From positions 124,001 to 188,000 of IMG/VR virus record IMGVR_UViG_3300045999_010033: a stretch of 64,000 nucleotides of DNA. One strand, given 5' to 3'. Made by a program: the position numbers and the translations under genes. Shown here in pieces: positions 63,979 through 64,000 of this stretch. Each line of letters opens with the position of its first letter. Position 1 is the stretch's first letter. Under the pieces are notes generated by a model. That model saw only the letters and a list, made by a program, of their open reading frames with translations, was not told where the DNA came from and searched no databases.

Positions 63979-64000
63979 TTTATTTTGTAACTCTTCTACT

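Noticed and set aside
1-64000. Stop-codon reassignment (code 15 or 4)
   Set aside because: Long intact ORFs in code 11, and TAA, TAG (3128) and TGA (8516, 42798) all end genes at tight junctions.
63967-64000. 3' end of an upstream gene (VEELQNKIGN*), reminiscent of an S74 tail
   Set aside because: Only ten codons are visible, too short to call.
1-64000. tRNA, rRNA, integrase or transposase genes
   Set aside because: No cloverleaf, rRNA-like or recombinase motif seen; intergenic gaps are mostly too short.

Overview
The window is a 64-kb piece of a large, AT-rich, T4-like contractile-tailed (myovirus) phage genome in genetic code 11. All credible genes lie on the minus strand. In transcription order (high to low coordinates) it holds: a 1431-aa multi-enzyme protein; large terminase; a cluster of small proteins sharing an N-terminal MI(K/R)LxD(I/L)LxE motif; portal; prohead core proteins and protease; more small proteins; a ferritin; scaffold and major capsid protein; neck and tail-completion genes; a ~27-kb fibre/adhesin region; then sheath, tube, tail chaperone, tape measure, baseplate hub genes and the start of a probable DNA polymerase. 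The fibre region has three fibres with long proline-free Gly-Ser/Thr triplet blocks, seven LamG-like lectin paralogues, and an embedded three-gene glycosyltransferase/methyltransferase cluster that includes an Aah/TibC-like domain. TTTG-N20-TAnnTTTG-like promoters and the lack of Shine-Dalgarno sites suggest a Bacteroidota host (inference). Best candidates for undescribed biology: (1) a phage-encoded O-glycosylation system for Ser/Thr-rich collagen-like fibres; (2) a capsid-targeting and prohead-protease processing system for cargo proteins and polyproteins; (3) two homopolymer frameshift sites; (4) a late-promoter motif that is the reverse complement of the T4 late promoter, with promoter-overlapping hairpins. 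Family assignments come from motif recognition by eye, not from database searches. Domain and repeat boundaries are approximate.
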